Part shown: in pieces, positions 28,879 through 39,161 of the stretch | Position numbering within the stretch: the first letter of the stretch is position 1 | Layout of the letters: every line of letters begins with the position of its first letter | DNA from: Alphaproteobacteria bacterium | GTDB taxonomy: Bacteria; Pseudomonadota; Alphaproteobacteria; Caulobacterales; Hyphomonadaceae | Reading direction: 5' to 3' | Length of the DNA stretch: 64,000 nucleotides | Assembly (NCBI GenBank): GCA_034439955.1 | Contig: JAWXBJ010000090.1 | Span: forward strand, 20,881 to 84,880 | Translations under genes and position numbers: made by a program | Notes under the pieces: generated by a model | The model's database searches: none | The model's input: the letters and a program-made list of their open reading frames with translations, nothing else | Told to the model about the DNA's origin: nothing

Positions 28879-29457
28879 ATGGCGCGCGAAAGAGGCGAGC
28901 GGGGCGGCCGCAAGAACCGGGACGATGACCGCGAGCAGTCGGACATCATCGACAAGCTCGTGGCGATCAACCGCGTCGCCAAGGTGGTGAAGGGTGGCAA
29001 GAACTTCGGCTTCGCGGCGCTGGTCGTCGTCGGCGACCAGAAGGGCCGTATCGGCTTTGGCCATGGCAAGGCCCGTGAGGTTCCCGAGGCTATCCGCAAG
29101 GCCACCGAGGAAGCCAAGAAGACGATGATCCGCGTCCCGCTCCGGGAGGGGCGTACACTGCATCATGACGGCAAGGGCCGCTGGGGCGCCGGCAAGGTGT
29201 TCCTACGGTCAGCGCCGGCTGGAACGGGTGTGATTGCCGGCGGTCCGATGCGGGCGGTGCTTGAAGTGCTGGGCGTGCAGGACGTGGTCGCAAAGTCGAT
29301 TGGGTCCTCGAATCCTTACAACATGGTTCGCGCGACGGTTGACGCCCTCAAGCACCAGTCCTCGCCGCGCCAGATTGCGTCGAAGCGCGGGCTGAAAGTG
29401 CAAGACGTCATCGGACGGCGCACGGATGGCGCCGGCAATGCTGAAGTCGTTCAATAG
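28879..29457 (+). CDS. rpsE: 30S ribosomal protein S5
   Basis: 192 aa: [46 protein letters not shown]. Confidence 0.97.
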   Translation: MARERGERGGRKNRDDDREQSDIIDKLVAINRVAKVVKGGKNFGFAALVVVGDQKGRIGFGHGKAREVPEAIRKATEEAKKTMIRVPLREGRTLHHDGKGRWGAGKVFLRSAPAGTGVIAGGPMRAVLEVLGVQDVVAKSIGSSNPYNMVRATVDALKHQSSPRQIASKRGLKVQDVIGRRTDGAGNAEVVQ

Positions 29458-29483
29458 GCTGATTGGAAACGGGAGACCGCCAG

Positions 29484-29669
29484 ATGGCGACCAAAAAAAC
29501 CGTGACCGTCCGCCAGGTGCGGAGCCCGCAGCGCCGCGACGGGACCCAGCGCTCGACCCTGATCGGGCTTGGCCTCAACCGCATCCAGCGGACCCGCGAA
29601 CTTGAAGATACCCCGGCCGTCCGGGGCATGATCGCCAAGGTGGCTCATCTCATCGAAGTCGTCGAATAG
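29484..29669 (+). CDS. rpmD: 50S ribosomal protein L30
   Basis: 61 aa from ATG 29484: [34 protein letters not shown]. Confidence 0.94.
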   Translation: MATKKTVTVRQVRSPQRRDGTQRSTLIGLGLNRIQRTRELEDTPAVRGMIAKVAHLIEVVE

Positions 29670-29725
29670 ACGGCTGATACTTGAAAGCCGGTTGGCGTCA
29701 GCCTGCCGGCGACCCGGAGCGTGAC

Positions 29726-30208
29726 ATGAAACTGAACCAGATCGCCGACAATCCGGGCGCCCGCAAGACGCGCGTGCGTCTCGGGATCGGCGTGGGCTCC
29801 GGCAAAGGCAAGACGGGCGGCCGCGGCGTCAAGGGGCAGAAGGCCCGTCGCGGCGTCGCGATTAATGGTTTCGAAGGCGGCCAGATGCCGATCTACATGC
29901 GGCTGCCCAAGCGCGGCTTCACCCCGCCGAATTCGTCCAAATTCGCCTGGGTCAATATCGGGCGGATCGACGCTGCGGTGAAGGCTGGCAAGCTCGACGC
30001 CGGCAAAACCATTGATACGGCTGCGCTGATCGCGGCGGGCCTCGTCCGCCGGGCGAGGGACGGCGTGCGCCTCCTTGCAAAGGGTGAGATCAAGTCCAAA
30101 GTTGATCTAGTTGTCGCCGGCGCCTCCAAGGCGGCTGTCGAGGCGGTCGAGAAAGCTGGCGGCAAGGTCACCGTGACGATGGTCGTGGCGGCAGAAGCAG
30201 CCGAATAG
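29726..30208 (+). CDS. rplO: 50S ribosomal protein L15
   Basis: 160 aa from ATG 29726: [43 protein letters not shown]. Confidence 0.95.
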   Translation: MKLNQIADNPGARKTRVRLGIGVGSGKGKTGGRGVKGQKARRGVAINGFEGGQMPIYMRLPKRGFTPPNSSKFAWVNIGRIDAAVKAGKLDAGKTIDTAALIAAGLVRRARDGVRLLAKGEIKSKVDLVVAGASKAAVEAVEKAGGKVTVTMVVAAEAAE

Positions 30209-30293
30209 GTTCACCCCTTTCGGGGCGACCGACCGCGTCCACGGGTTGCCGCTCATCGGCAGCACGTAGCGGCGCGATCTGGAGGGTGGACGT

Positions 30294-31658
30294 ATGGTTT
30301 CGGCGGCCGAGCAACTCGCGCGCAACATCAATTTCTCCACCTTTGGCAAGGCCAAGGAACTGCAGGCGCGGATCTGGTTCACCCTGGGCGCCCTGCTGGT
30401 CTATCGCTTGGGAACGCACATCCCGATTCCCGGCGTCGATCCGGTTCAGTTCGCCTCCGCCTTCGGCAATGCGGCCAACGGCATCCTTGGCCAGTGGAAC
30501 CTGTTCTCGGGCGGGGCCGTCGAGCGGATGGCGATCTTCGCGCTCAACGTCATGCCGTATATTTCTGCGTCGATCATCGTCCAGATTCTGACGACGGCCG
30601 TTCCCGCCCTGGAAAGGTTGAAGAAGGAAGGCGAGGGCGGCCGTAAGCAGATCAACCAGTACACGCGCTATCTGACGGTCGTGCTGGCCATCGCCCAGGC
30701 TTTCGGAATAGCCGTCGCGCTCAACGCCGTCGATCCTTCGTCCGGAAATTCGATGGCGGTGGACCCCGGGGTCTATTTCATGTCCTCGACAGTGATCACC
30801 CTGGTTGGTGGAACCATCTTCCTGATGTGGCTGGGCGAGCAGATCACCGCGCGAGGCGTGGGCAACGGCATTTCCCTGATCATCTTCGCGGGGATCGTGG
30901 CCGAACTTCCGCGCTACGCCTTCCAGTCGCTGGCCCAGACCCGTCAGGGCAGCCTGTCGATCATCGCCCTGATCGCGATTCTCGCCCTGTCGATCGCCTT
31001 GATCGTGTTCATCGTCTTCATCGAGCGATCCCAGAGGCGGCTGTTGATCCAGTACCCCAAGCGCCAGCAAGGCAACCGGATGATCGGCGGGGAATCGTCT
31101 TTCCTGCCTCTCAAAATCAATACGGCGGGGGTCATTCCGCCGATTTTCGCCTCGTCGCTGCTGCTCCTTCCCAACACGATCGCCGCCATGTCTGCGAGCA
31201 GCGGCGCGTCCGACGGCTGGTGGGCCAGTTCTCTGCAGTTCCTGCAAGCCTACATGGGCAATGGCCAGCCGCTGTTCATAATCTTCTATGCCGCCCTCAT
31301 CATTTTCTTCTGCTTCTTTTACACCTCGATCGTCTTCAACCCCGAGGAGACCGCCGAAAATCTGCGCAAGTATGGCGGTTTCATTCCAGGCTACCGTCCA
31401 GGCAAGCGAACGGCCGAGCATCTCGACTATGTGCTCACCCGGCTCACGGTGATCGGCGCAGCCTACATCACGGCTGTTTGCGTGCTTCCGGAAATCCTCC
31501 GCGCCCAGTATTCGGACATGTTCTACATTGGCGGCACCTCGATCCTTATCGTGGTCTCTGTGACCATGGACACAGTCGCGCAGATCCAGTCCCATCTCAT
31601 CGGGCACCAGTATGAGGGCATGATCAAGAAATCGCGCCTCGGGGGTCGGAAGAAATGA
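30294..31658 (+). CDS. secY: Preprotein translocase subunit SecY
   Basis: 454 aa, a 10-TM protein. Contains LGALLVYRLGTHIPIPG and GNGISLIIFAGI. Confidence 0.98.
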   Translation: MVSAAEQLARNINFSTFGKAKELQARIWFTLGALLVYRLGTHIPIPGVDPVQFASAFGNAANGILGQWNLFSGGAVERMAIFALNVMPYISASIIVQILTTAVPALERLKKEGEGGRKQINQYTRYLTVVLAIAQAFGIAVALNAVDPSSGNSMAVDPGVYFMSSTVITLVGGTIFLMWLGEQITARGVGNGISLIIFAGIVAELPRYAFQSLAQTRQGSLSIIALIAILALSIALIVFIVFIERSQRRLLIQYPKRQQGNRMIGGESSFLPLKINTAGVIPPIFASSLLLLPNTIAAMSASSGASDGWWASSLQFLQAYMGNGQPLFIIFYAALIIFFCFFYTSIVFNPEETAENLRKYGGFIPGYRPGKRTAEHLDYVLTRLTVIGAAYITAVCVLPEILRAQYSDMFYIGGTSILIVVSVTMDTVAQIQSHLIGHQYEGMIKKSRLGGRKK

Positions 31659-32257
31659 ACTTGATCCTCTTCGGGCCGCCAGCGGCGGGCAAGGGAACGC
31701 AGGCCAAGAAACTGGTTGCCGAACGGGGATTCGTTCAGCTTTCCACCGGAGACATGCTGCGCGCCGCCAGGTCGTCGGGAACCGAACTTGGCGTACGGGT
31801 GGCTGAAATCATGGATTCCGGCTCACTGGTCTCCGACGAGGTCGTTATCGCGCTGATCGAGGAACAGCTCGATCTCAACGCCAAGGCGCCAGGGTTCATT
31901 TTCGACGGCTTCCCCCGCACCATCCCGCAGGCGCAGGCTCTTGACGAGATGCTGCGGCGGCGGGGCGCGCACATCGACGCCGTTATCCGGCTCAAGGTCG
32001 ATGAACCGGCGCTGATCGCTCGGGTGACGCGGCGCTTCGAGGCGGAAGGCCGGGCCGACGACAACCCCGAAGCCTTCAAGAAGCGGTTGACCGCCTACAA
32101 CAGCCAGACGGCTCCGCTTCTGCCGATCTATGCGGAGCAGGGAAGGCTGAAGGAGCTGGATGGAATGCAGGATGTAGGCGCAGTTTCGGCCGCCATTTCG
32201 GGCGTGATCGACGCTGTTCGTCAGGGCGCCGCCGGACGGGAACAGACCCTTAAATAA
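31655..32257 (+). CDS. adk: Adenylate kinase
   Basis: 200 aa with the P-loop GPPAAGKGTQA and LSTGDMLRAA. The start overlaps the secY stop (ATGA). Confidence 0.96.
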   Translation: MNLILFGPPAAGKGTQAKKLVAERGFVQLSTGDMLRAARSSGTELGVRVAEIMDSGSLVSDEVVIALIEEQLDLNAKAPGFIFDGFPRTIPQAQALDEMLRRRGAHIDAVIRLKVDEPALIARVTRRFEAEGRADDNPEAFKKRLTAYNSQTAPLLPIYAEQGRLKELDGMQDVGAVSAAISGVIDAVRQGAAGREQTLK

Positions 32258-32260
32258 GCG

Positions 32261-32289
32261 GTTGACGGCAAGGGTTCGCCCCCTATAAG
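32261..32289 (+). promoter_or_regulatory. Strong candidate promoter for rpsM-rpsK-rpoA-rplQ
   Basis: GTTGAC (32261-32266), N17, TATAAG (32284-32289). A ~125-nt leader follows before rpsM. Confidence 0.55.
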
Positions 32290-32420
32290 TAGCCGCTTCC
32301 GCGACGGGCACAGGCCACGCCGCGCCGCTTTGGCGTCGGGCGCTTATACGTGTCGCCCGGAAATTCGCGACGGACTCAACAGCCGGTTCATTGATACTGG
32401 CGGACTTTCAGGAGCGGCAA

Positions 32421-32789
32421 TTGGCCCGTATCGCAGGCGTCAACATTCCCACCGCCAAGCGCGTCGAGATCGCGCTGACCTATATTCACGGCATCGGTCC
32501 AGCGAAGGCGAAGGAAATCTGTGAGAAGGTCGGCATCGAGTCCGCGCGCCGGGTGAACCAGTTGTCCGATTCCGAGGTGCTCCGCATCCGTGAGACGATC
32601 GATGGCGATTACATGGTCGAGGGCGACCTGCGACGCGAAGTGGCGATGAACATCAAGCGCCTCATGGATCTCGGCTGCTATCGCGGCCTGCGTCATCGCC
32701 GCGGTCTGCCGGTCCGCGGTCAGCGCACGCATACCAACGCGCGGACGCGCAAAGGTCCGGCGAAGGCTATCGCCGGCAAGAAGAAATAG
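32421..32789 (+). CDS. rpsM: 30S ribosomal protein S13 (TTG start)
   Basis: (M)[25 protein letters not shown] from TTG 32421. AGGAG lies 7 nt upstream, and the length (122 aa) matches S13. The ATG at 32391 would add a 10-aa non-conserved extension. Confidence 0.93.
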   Translation: MARIAGVNIPTAKRVEIALTYIHGIGPAKAKEICEKVGIESARRVNQLSDSEVLRIRETIDGDYMVEGDLRREVAMNIKRLMDLGCYRGLRHRRGLPVRGQRTHTNARTRKGPAKAIAGKKK

Positions 32790-32806
32790 TCAGAGGACAC
32801 CGATAG

Positions 32807-33196
32807 ATGGCTCGCGAAGCGACCCGGGTAAAGAAACGCGAACGCAAGAACATTGCGTCGGGCGTGGCGCATGTAAACGCCAGCTTCAACAACACGATCA
32901 TCACCATCGCGGACGCTCAGGGCAACACGATTTCGTGGTCGTCCGCTGGAATGATGGGCTTCAAGGGCTCACGCAAATCGACGCCTTACGCCGCCCAGGT
33001 CGCCGCAGAGGATGCGGGCCGCAAGGCGCAGGAACACGGCATGAAGACGCTGGAGGTTCTGGTCCATGGACCAGGGTCTGGCCGCGAATCGGCGCTGCGA
33101 GCGCTTCAGTCCGTTGGCTTGTCGATAACGACCATCCATGACACGACATCCGTTCCGCACAATGGATGCCGTCCCCCGAAACGCCGTCGCGTCTAG
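32807..33196 (+). CDS. rpsK: 30S ribosomal protein S11
   Basis: 129 aa with [32 protein letters not shown] and TPYAAQ. Confidence 0.97.
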   Translation: MAREATRVKKRERKNIASGVAHVNASFNNTIITIADAQGNTISWSSAGMMGFKGSRKSTPYAAQVAAEDAGRKAQEHGMKTLEVLVHGPGSGRESALRALQSVGLSITTIHDTTSVPHNGCRPPKRRRV

Positions 33197-33246
33197 ACGC
33201 GGCCGCGAACGATCGGGACTGATAGCAAGTCTGAGAGGCGATACAT

Positions 33247-34284
33247 ATGGCGCAACCCGCCGCTTCCGTGAACGATAAGAACTGGAAAGATCTGATCCGT
33301 CCCAACCGCCCGGTTGTGGAGCACGATCACGATCCCCAGCGCAAGGCCAAGCTGATCGTCGAGCCGCTGGAGCGCGGTTTTGGAACAACTCTGGGCAACG
33401 CCCTGCGCCGGGTGCTGCTGTCCTCACTGCAGGGCGCCGCGATCACGGGCGTGCAGATCGACGGCGTCGTGCACGAATTCTCTTCCATCCCCGGCGTCCG
33501 CGAGGACGTGACCGACATCGTGCTGAACCTGAAGCGGATCGCGATCCGCATGGTTTCCGAAACGCCCAAACGGGTGATGCTGAAGGCCAGCGGCGCTGGC
33601 CCGGTGCGGGCTGGCCAGATTGAAATGTCGGGCGACATCGAGATCCTCAATCCCGACCACATCATCTGCACGCTGGACGAGGGCGCGGAAGTCCGCATGG
33701 AATTCACGATCGCCACCGGCAAGGGCTATGTCCCGGCCGACCGCAACCGGCCGGAAGACGCCCCGCTTGGATTTATTCCGGTCGATTCCATCTTTTCGCC
33801 GGTCGAGCGCGTCGGCATCTTCGTGGAAGACACCCGCGCGGGCCAGGTGCTGGATTATGATAAACTCACGCTGGACGTGCAGACCGATGGCTCTGTGACG
33901 CCCGAGAATGCGGTGGCCTACGCCGCGCGCATTCTTCAGGACCAGTTGCAGCTGCTTATAACCTTCGACGAGCCGGTCACGGCTTCCTCTGCCGACGACG
34001 AACCGGACCTCGGCTTCAATCCGGTGTTGCTGAAGAAGGTCGACGAACTCGAACTGTCCGTGCGTTCGGCCAACTGCCTGCGCAACGACAACATCGTCTA
34101 TATTGGCGACCTTATCCAGAAGTCCGAGGCGGAGATGCTTCGCACGCCGAACTTCGGGCGCAAGTCGCTCAACGAGATCAAGGAAGTGCTTGCCAGCATG
34201 GGTCTGCATCTCGGCATGGAAGTGGCGCAGTGGCCGCCCGAGAACATCGAAGACCTCGCCAAGAAATACGAAGACCACGCTTAA
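33247..34284 (+). CDS. rpoA: DNA-directed RNA polymerase subunit alpha
   Basis: 345 aa with [50 protein letters not shown]. The C-terminal domain has [18 protein letters not shown] upstream. Confidence 0.98.
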   Translation: MAQPAASVNDKNWKDLIRPNRPVVEHDHDPQRKAKLIVEPLERGFGTTLGNALRRVLLSSLQGAAITGVQIDGVVHEFSSIPGVREDVTDIVLNLKRIAIRMVSETPKRVMLKASGAGPVRAGQIEMSGDIEILNPDHIICTLDEGAEVRMEFTIATGKGYVPADRNRPEDAPLGFIPVDSIFSPVERVGIFVEDTRAGQVLDYDKLTLDVQTDGSVTPENAVAYAARILQDQLQLLITFDEPVTASSADDEPDLGFNPVLLKKVDELELSVRSANCLRNDNIVYIGDLIQKSEAEMLRTPNFGRKSLNEIKEVLASMGLHLGMEVAQWPPENIEDLAKKYEDHA

Positions 34285-34320
34285 TCAAGGAGCGGTTCCG
34301 AGAGGGACCGGCTAGACCTC

Positions 34321-34743
34321 ATGCGCCACGGCTTTGCGCTTCGCAAACTCAACCGCACGCACGAGCATCGCAAGGCGATGTTCGCGAACATGGCTGGCGC
34401 GCTCATTCGCCATGAGCAGATCACGACCACGCTTCCCAAGGCCAAGGAATTGCGCTCGGTCGTCGAGAAGCTGATCACGCTGGCGAAAAAGGGTGATCTC
34501 GCGGCGCGCCGTCAGGCGGCTGCAGCCCTCAAGGAAGACGATCTGGTCCAGAAGCTCTTCTCGACTCTGGGCGAGCGCTATCAGGACCGGCCGGGCGGAT
34601 ATACCCGCGTTCTCAAGGCTGGGTTCCGCCATGGCGACAACGCTCCGCTGGCGGTGATCGAGCTGGTGGACCGCGACCCTGACGCCAAGGGCATGGTCGA
34701 TCGTGAGCGCCTCGAGCTTGAGGCCGAACTCGCAAACGCCTGA
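34321..34743 (+). CDS. rplQ: 50S ribosomal protein L17
   Basis: 140 aa: [45 protein letters not shown]. Confidence 0.97.
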   Translation: MRHGFALRKLNRTHEHRKAMFANMAGALIRHEQITTTLPKAKELRSVVEKLITLAKKGDLAARRQAAAALKEDDLVQKLFSTLGERYQDRPGGYTRVLKAGFRHGDNAPLAVIELVDRDPDAKGMVDRERLELEAELANA

Positions 34744-34770
34744 TCCATCGCACGAGTGGACATTTGCAAT

Positions 34771-34800
34771 GGCCGCCTGCAGGGGCGGCCGTTGAATTTC
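34771..34800 (+). terminator. Possible terminator after rplQ
   Basis: GGCCGCC (34771-34777) pairs with GGCGGCC (34784-34790) around a 6-nt loop. The following GTTGAATTTC is only weakly T-rich. Confidence 0.35.
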
Positions 34801-34969
34801 TGGCGTGGGGGGCCGCACCTACCCAGCCTGCCTTACGCGATACCTGTCCAGCCTTACCATGAAGACAATGGGTTGAACTCCGGTGGGCCTTGTTTGCGCC
34901 GGAATCTGGCCCTTATCTGCTAGGCATCCAGGCGGCGCCTCCAGCGTCGGCCGAGCGGCGGCAGGGTTC

Positions 34970-36484
34970 ATGAACAGGCAGAACATCCTACTGGTTGCGG
35001 CCGCCTCGGCCGTCACGGCTCTGACCATGCTGGCCGTGCCTGCGATGGGTCAGCTGGTCCAGGAAGAGTCGCCCGCCGAAACGGCGGCGCCAGCGCAATT
35101 CGCGCAGGCCCAGCCTTCGCCTGCCATTGAGCGCGTCGTCCCCGCCTCTCAGGCCTCGATGGCGCAGTCGTTTTCTCCGGTCGTCCGCACGACCGCTCCG
35201 GCCGTCGTCAACGTTTATTCCAGCGTCGAGGTGCAGCGCTCGAACTGTCCCTACGCCAACGACCCGTTCTTCGCGCAGTTCTATTGCGGACGCGGATCGA
35301 GCGTCACGAAGGAGCGGGTCGAGAACTCGCTCGGCTCGGGCGTCATCGTGGGTGAAGATGGCGTCATCGTCACCAATAACCATGTCGTCGAGGCGGGCGA
35401 CCAGTTCCGCATCGTGCTTCAGGACCGCCGAGAATTTCCAGCCACCCTCGTCATGGCCGACCAGCGCTCGGACCTCGCCGTCCTCAAGATTGACGCAGCG
35501 GGGGTAAGATTCCCGACACTCTCCTTCGCCGACACGCGCACCATGCTGGTCGGCGATCTCGTGCTCGCCATCGGCAATCCGTTCGGGGTCGGACAGACGG
35601 TCACCAGCGGCATCGTTTCGGCGCTGGCTCGCACCGATGTCGGTGTCTCGGACTATGCGTCCTTCATCCAGACCGACGCCTCGATCAACCCCGGCAATTC
35701 CGGCGGCGCGCTGGTCGACATGCAGGGACGGCTCGTGGGCGTCAACACCCTGATCTTCTCTAAGGGCGGCGGCTCTAACGGGATCGGCTTTGCCATTCCG
35801 TCCGAAATGGTCAAGCGCGTGGTCGACGCGGCCATGAATGGCGGCGCGCTGGTGCGTCCCTGGCTGGGCGCCAAAGGCGAGAGCGTCACGCCCGGCATCG
35901 CTCAGGGCCTGGGCCTCGACCGGCCCAAGGGCGTGCTGATCTCGGAAATCTTCCCGGGCGGACCCGCCGCCAAGGGCGGGCTGAGGAAGGGCGATCTGGT
36001 GCTGACCATCGACGGCCGCGAAGTCTATGACGAGAAGGGTCTTAAGTTCGTCGCCGCGACCAAGGCGGCCGGAGAGAGCGTTTCGCTTCTGGTGCTGCGC
36101 GACAGGCGACAGCAGACGCTTTCTGTGAAACTCGCCGCGCCACCCGGCACGACCGACGCCGAGCTGAAACAGGTGCAGGGCCGCAACCCCTTCGCCGGCT
36201 CGGTTCTGGCCGAATTGTCGCCCGCGCTGGCCGAGGAGATCGGGCTCGATCCATTCCGCTATGAAAGCGGCATGCTGGTCTACCGCGTCCCGCGCGGCAG
36301 CATCGCCTCGCGCCTGGGGCTGCGCCAGGGCGACATCGTCAAGGAGGTCAATGGCGCGCCGATCCGCACAGCGCGCGACCTCGACGGCGTGCTGTCACGA
36401 GCACAGACCTCTGACGCCCAGGCTGTCTGGCGCCTCGCCATCGAGCGCAATGGCGAACGCATCGAGACGTCGGTCAGGGTGTAA
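34970..36484 (+). CDS. Periplasmic serine endoprotease, DegP/DegQ/HtrA family (two PDZ domains)
   Basis: 504 aa from ATG 34970 with a signal peptide (MNRQNILLVAAASAVTALTMLAVPAMG). The trypsin-fold triad context is present (TNNHVV, DLAVLKI, GNSGGALV), followed by two PDZ-like regions. Confidence 0.92.
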   Translation: MNRQNILLVAAASAVTALTMLAVPAMGQLVQEESPAETAAPAQFAQAQPSPAIERVVPASQASMAQSFSPVVRTTAPAVVNVYSSVEVQRSNCPYANDPFFAQFYCGRGSSVTKERVENSLGSGVIVGEDGVIVTNNHVVEAGDQFRIVLQDRREFPATLVMADQRSDLAVLKIDAAGVRFPTLSFADTRTMLVGDLVLAIGNPFGVGQTVTSGIVSALARTDVGVSDYASFIQTDASINPGNSGGALVDMQGRLVGVNTLIFSKGGGSNGIGFAIPSEMVKRVVDAAMNGGALVRPWLGAKGESVTPGIAQGLGLDRPKGVLISEIFPGGPAAKGGLRKGDLVLTIDGREVYDEKGLKFVAATKAAGESVSLLVLRDRRQQTLSVKLAAPPGTTDAELKQVQGRNPFAGSVLAELSPALAEEIGLDPFRYESGMLVYRVPRGSIASRLGLRQGDIVKEVNGAPIRTARDLDGVLSRAQTSDAQAVWRLAIERNGERIETSVRV

Positions 36485-36532
36485 AAGCACGCCTCGCTGG
36501 AATGAAGGTCGGCGGAGCGCTACATCTTTCTT

Positions 36533-37876
36533 GTGACCGACCTGTTTCAAGCCGCTGGCCTTGACGCCGCCGCGCCGCGCCCGCTGGCCGATCGCCTGCG
36601 TCCCGAGGCGCTCGAAGAAGTGGTGGGTCAGGAGCACCTGCTGGGGCCGGACGGTCCGATCGGACGCATGCTGGCGCAGGGGCGGCTGGCCAGCCTCATC
36701 CTCTGGGGACCACCCGGCGTCGGCAAAACCACCATTGCGCGCCTCCTCGCAAAACATGCGGACCTAGAGTTCGAACAGCTCTCGGCGATCTTCTCCGGCG
36801 TGAAGGACCTTCGCGCCGTATTCGAAAGGGCCGAAGCCAAGCGCGCGATGGGCAAGGGCACGCTCTTGTTCGTCGACGAGATCCACCGCTTCAACCGGGC
36901 GCAGCAGGACGGTTTCCTGCCGTTCGTCGAACGTGGCGTCGTCACTCTGGTGGGCGCCACCACCGAGAATCCCAGCTTCGAGCTCAACGGCGCGCTGCTG
37001 TCCCGAACGCAGGTGATGGTGTTGAAGCGCCTCGACGAACCGGCGATGGAAAGACTGATCGCCCGGACCGAAGCGCATATGGGAAAGCCGGCGCCGCTGA
37101 CTCCAGACGCGCGCGTCGCGCTTATGGCGATGGCGGATGGCGATGGGCGCTATCTGCTCAATATACTGGAGGAGATGTTCGCCTGGCGGCTCAGTGCGCC
37201 GCTCGATGCGTCGGCGCTGCAAGCGGCCTTGCAGAAGCGCGCCCCGGCTTATGACAAGGATCGGGAGGAGCACTACAATCTCATCTCGGCCTGGCACAAG
37301 GCGACGCGCGGATCTGATCCCGACGCGGCGCTCTACTGGTTCTGCCGCATGCTGGAAGGCGGAGAGGATCCGCTGTTCCTGGCGCGTCGCATGATCCGCG
37401 CGGCCAGCGAGGATATCGGGCTCGCCGATCCGACCGCGTTGATGATCTGCAATGAGGCGGCGGCGGCCTATGAGCGGCTGGGGTCGCCCGAGGGTGAACT
37501 CGCTCTTGCCCAGGCGGCGATCCATCTCGCGACGGCGCCGAAATCGAACGCGGTCTACAAGGCTTTCGCCGCCGCCCGGGCGGCGGCTCGGGAGACCGGG
37601 TCGCTGGCGCCCCCCGCCCACATCCTCAACGCGCCGACGAAGATGATGAAGGATCTCGGCTACGGGTCCGGCTACCAGTACGACCATGACGCCGAAGGCG
37701 GGTTTTCCGGCCAGAACTATTTCCCTGACGCGATGGAGCGGCAGAGCTTCTACCGGCCCAAGGGCGCCGGGCGCGAAGGGCCGATCCGCGAGCGGCTGGA
37801 GAAGCTGTCGCAAGTCCGCGAGGCGAGGGCGGATGACGAGGCCCCGCCAGTCGTGGTAAACTCAAAGGATGAGTGA
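36533..37876 (+). CDS. rarA: Replication-associated recombination protein A (RarA/MgsA AAA+ ATPase), GTG start
   Basis: 447 aa with Walker A GPPGVGKTT and Walker B LLFVDEIHRFN, plus the C-terminal MgsA domain (HYNLISAWHKATRGSDPDAALYW). Confidence 0.93.
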   Translation: MTDLFQAAGLDAAAPRPLADRLRPEALEEVVGQEHLLGPDGPIGRMLAQGRLASLILWGPPGVGKTTIARLLAKHADLEFEQLSAIFSGVKDLRAVFERAEAKRAMGKGTLLFVDEIHRFNRAQQDGFLPFVERGVVTLVGATTENPSFELNGALLSRTQVMVLKRLDEPAMERLIARTEAHMGKPAPLTPDARVALMAMADGDGRYLLNILEEMFAWRLSAPLDASALQAALQKRAPAYDKDREEHYNLISAWHKATRGSDPDAALYWFCRMLEGGEDPLFLARRMIRAASEDIGLADPTALMICNEAAAAYERLGSPEGELALAQAAIHLATAPKSNAVYKAFAAARAAARETGSLAPPAHILNAPTKMMKDLGYGSGYQYDHDAEGGFSGQNYFPDAMERQSFYRPKGAGREGPIRERLEKLSQVREARADDEAPPVVVNSKDE

Positions 37877-38102
37877 ATCGGCTCTCAAATCTGCGTTCGA
37901 AGCGGTGCTGAACCTGCCGGAGGAAAATCAGGCGGAGGTCGCGCAAATATTGCTCCGATACGTCGAAGAACAGCGGTCACCGTCCCTATTGACGGGAAGT
38001 CAACGGGCGGAAGTGCGGCGCAGGCTCTCCGACCCGGACCGGGAAATGGTTCCCCATGAAGAAGTTGTTGCCGCTATTCGTCGGCGCATCTCCCTAAAAT
38101 GA
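37869..38102 (+). CDS. Type II antitoxin (addiction-module component, ParD/'unstable antitoxin'-like)
   Basis: 77 aa and helical. Its end overlaps the downstream ParE/RelE toxin by 4 nt (ATGA), and its start overlaps the rarA end by 8 nt. Confidence 0.6.
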   Translation: MSESALKSAFEAVLNLPEENQAEVAQILLRYVEEQRSPSLLTGSQRAEVRRRLSDPDREMVPHEEVVAAIRRRISLK

Positions 38103-38383
38103 ATGTCTTCTGGTTAGGGGAGGCGGAGCGCGACTATCTCCGTATTGCGGACTACCAGATGCAGGAAAGTCCTCGACAGGCTGTGCGAGTGCTTGACCGT
38201 ATCGACGCCGCAGCAAAAAATCTCGCCGACTTTCCAGACCGCTTTCGACGGGGACCAGAGCCCGGCACGCGCGAGCGTGTTGTTCAGGGACTGCCTTACA
38301 TTCTCGTCTACCGCATGCAGGACGATTTCGTGGAGAAACTATCGATCTTCCACGCTGCCCAAGACCGGCCGTGTGGCGGCTGA
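38099..38383 (+). CDS. Type II toxin, RelE/ParE family
   Basis: 94 aa. The pattern WLGEAERDYLRIADYQMQESPRQAVRVLDRIDAAAKNLADFPDRFRRGPEPGTRERVVQGLPYILVYRM...IFHAAQD is typical of ParE 'plasmid stabilisation system' proteins. Confidence 0.75.
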   Translation: MNVFWLGEAERDYLRIADYQMQESPRQAVRVLDRIDAAAKNLADFPDRFRRGPEPGTRERVVQGLPYILVYRMQDDFVEKLSIFHAAQDRPCGG

Positions 38384-38384
38384 C

Positions 38385-39149
38385 ATGGCGAGGCGCGACT
38401 ACCAACAGTCCGGCGTCAGCGACGAGGACGACGCCTGGATCCGCTCTTTCGTGATCCACGAGGACGAGGCGCTCCTTGCGTTCAACAAACCAGCCGGACT
38501 GCCAGTGCAGACCCGCAATCCCGACGATCGCACTCTGGACAGCCTCCTCGCGGCGTTTGCAAAATCCAATGGCAAGCGTCCCCGGCTCGTCCACCGGCTG
38601 GACGCACAAACGTCCGGGGTCATCCTCGCCGGCAAGACCCAGCCAGCGGCGGCGGCGCTGAGCGCGGGGTTTGCGGGCCGGGACGTTCGGAAAACCTATC
38701 TCGCCGTGGTGTCCGGCGCGCCTCTGGCGCAGCATGGCGGTGACATCTCCATCGCCCTCGCGCGCTACCGGCCCAGGCCAGAGCTGGAGCTGATGCGGGC
38801 CGCGCGACCGGGTGACGGGAAGCCACAGGAGGCGCTGACGCGCTGGACGCTGCTCGCTTCGAACGGAATGCACCATCTGCTGTCGCTCGCTCCGGAAACG
38901 GGGCGCATGCACCAGATCCGGGCGCACCTGTCCTTGATGGGCCGTCCCATTCTCGGCGACCCGTATTACGGCGGCGCGACCACTTTGCGGGGCGAACCGG
39001 TCCAGCGGATGATGCTTCATGCGGTACGGATCGCGGCCCCGCATCCCTCGGGCGGGCGGTTCGCTCTTTACGCCGCTCCGCCGCAGGATTTCGCGGCGGC
39101 GTTGACGATCGCGGAGCTCGATCTGGCCACGCCGCCGGTACGGGGCTAA
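38385..39149 (+). CDS. RluA-family pseudouridine synthase (no S4 domain)
   Basis: 254 aa from ATG 38385 with FNKPAGLPVQ, the catalytic HRLDAQTSGVILAGK and GRMHQIRAHL. The ORF-track start (38145) overlaps the toxin gene. Confidence 0.88.
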   Translation: MARRDYQQSGVSDEDDAWIRSFVIHEDEALLAFNKPAGLPVQTRNPDDRTLDSLLAAFAKSNGKRPRLVHRLDAQTSGVILAGKTQPAAAALSAGFAGRDVRKTYLAVVSGAPLAQHGGDISIALARYRPRPELELMRAARPGDGKPQEALTRWTLLASNGMHHLLSLAPETGRMHQIRAHLSLMGRPILGDPYYGGATTLRGEPVQRMMLHAVRIAAPHPSGGRFALYAAPPQDFAAALTIAELDLATPPVRG

Positions 39150-39161
39150 GACACCCTCAGC

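Noticed and set aside
30168-31607. 479-aa minus-strand ORF opposite secY. Similar cases are 33424-34278(-) opposite rpoA, 62589-63941(-) opposite ribBA, 45503-46663(-) opposite xseA, and 43639-44733(+) opposite purD.
   Set aside because: Same reasoning as above: they are antisense shadows of well-supported genes with no independent evidence.
39150-39161. Looked for a fluoride riboswitch upstream of crcB, and for an FMN riboswitch upstream of the rib genes (61200-61340, 62030, 62654-62666).
   Set aside because: These intergenic gaps are only 3-13 nt, or the genes overlap. No space or conserved riboswitch core sequences are visible.
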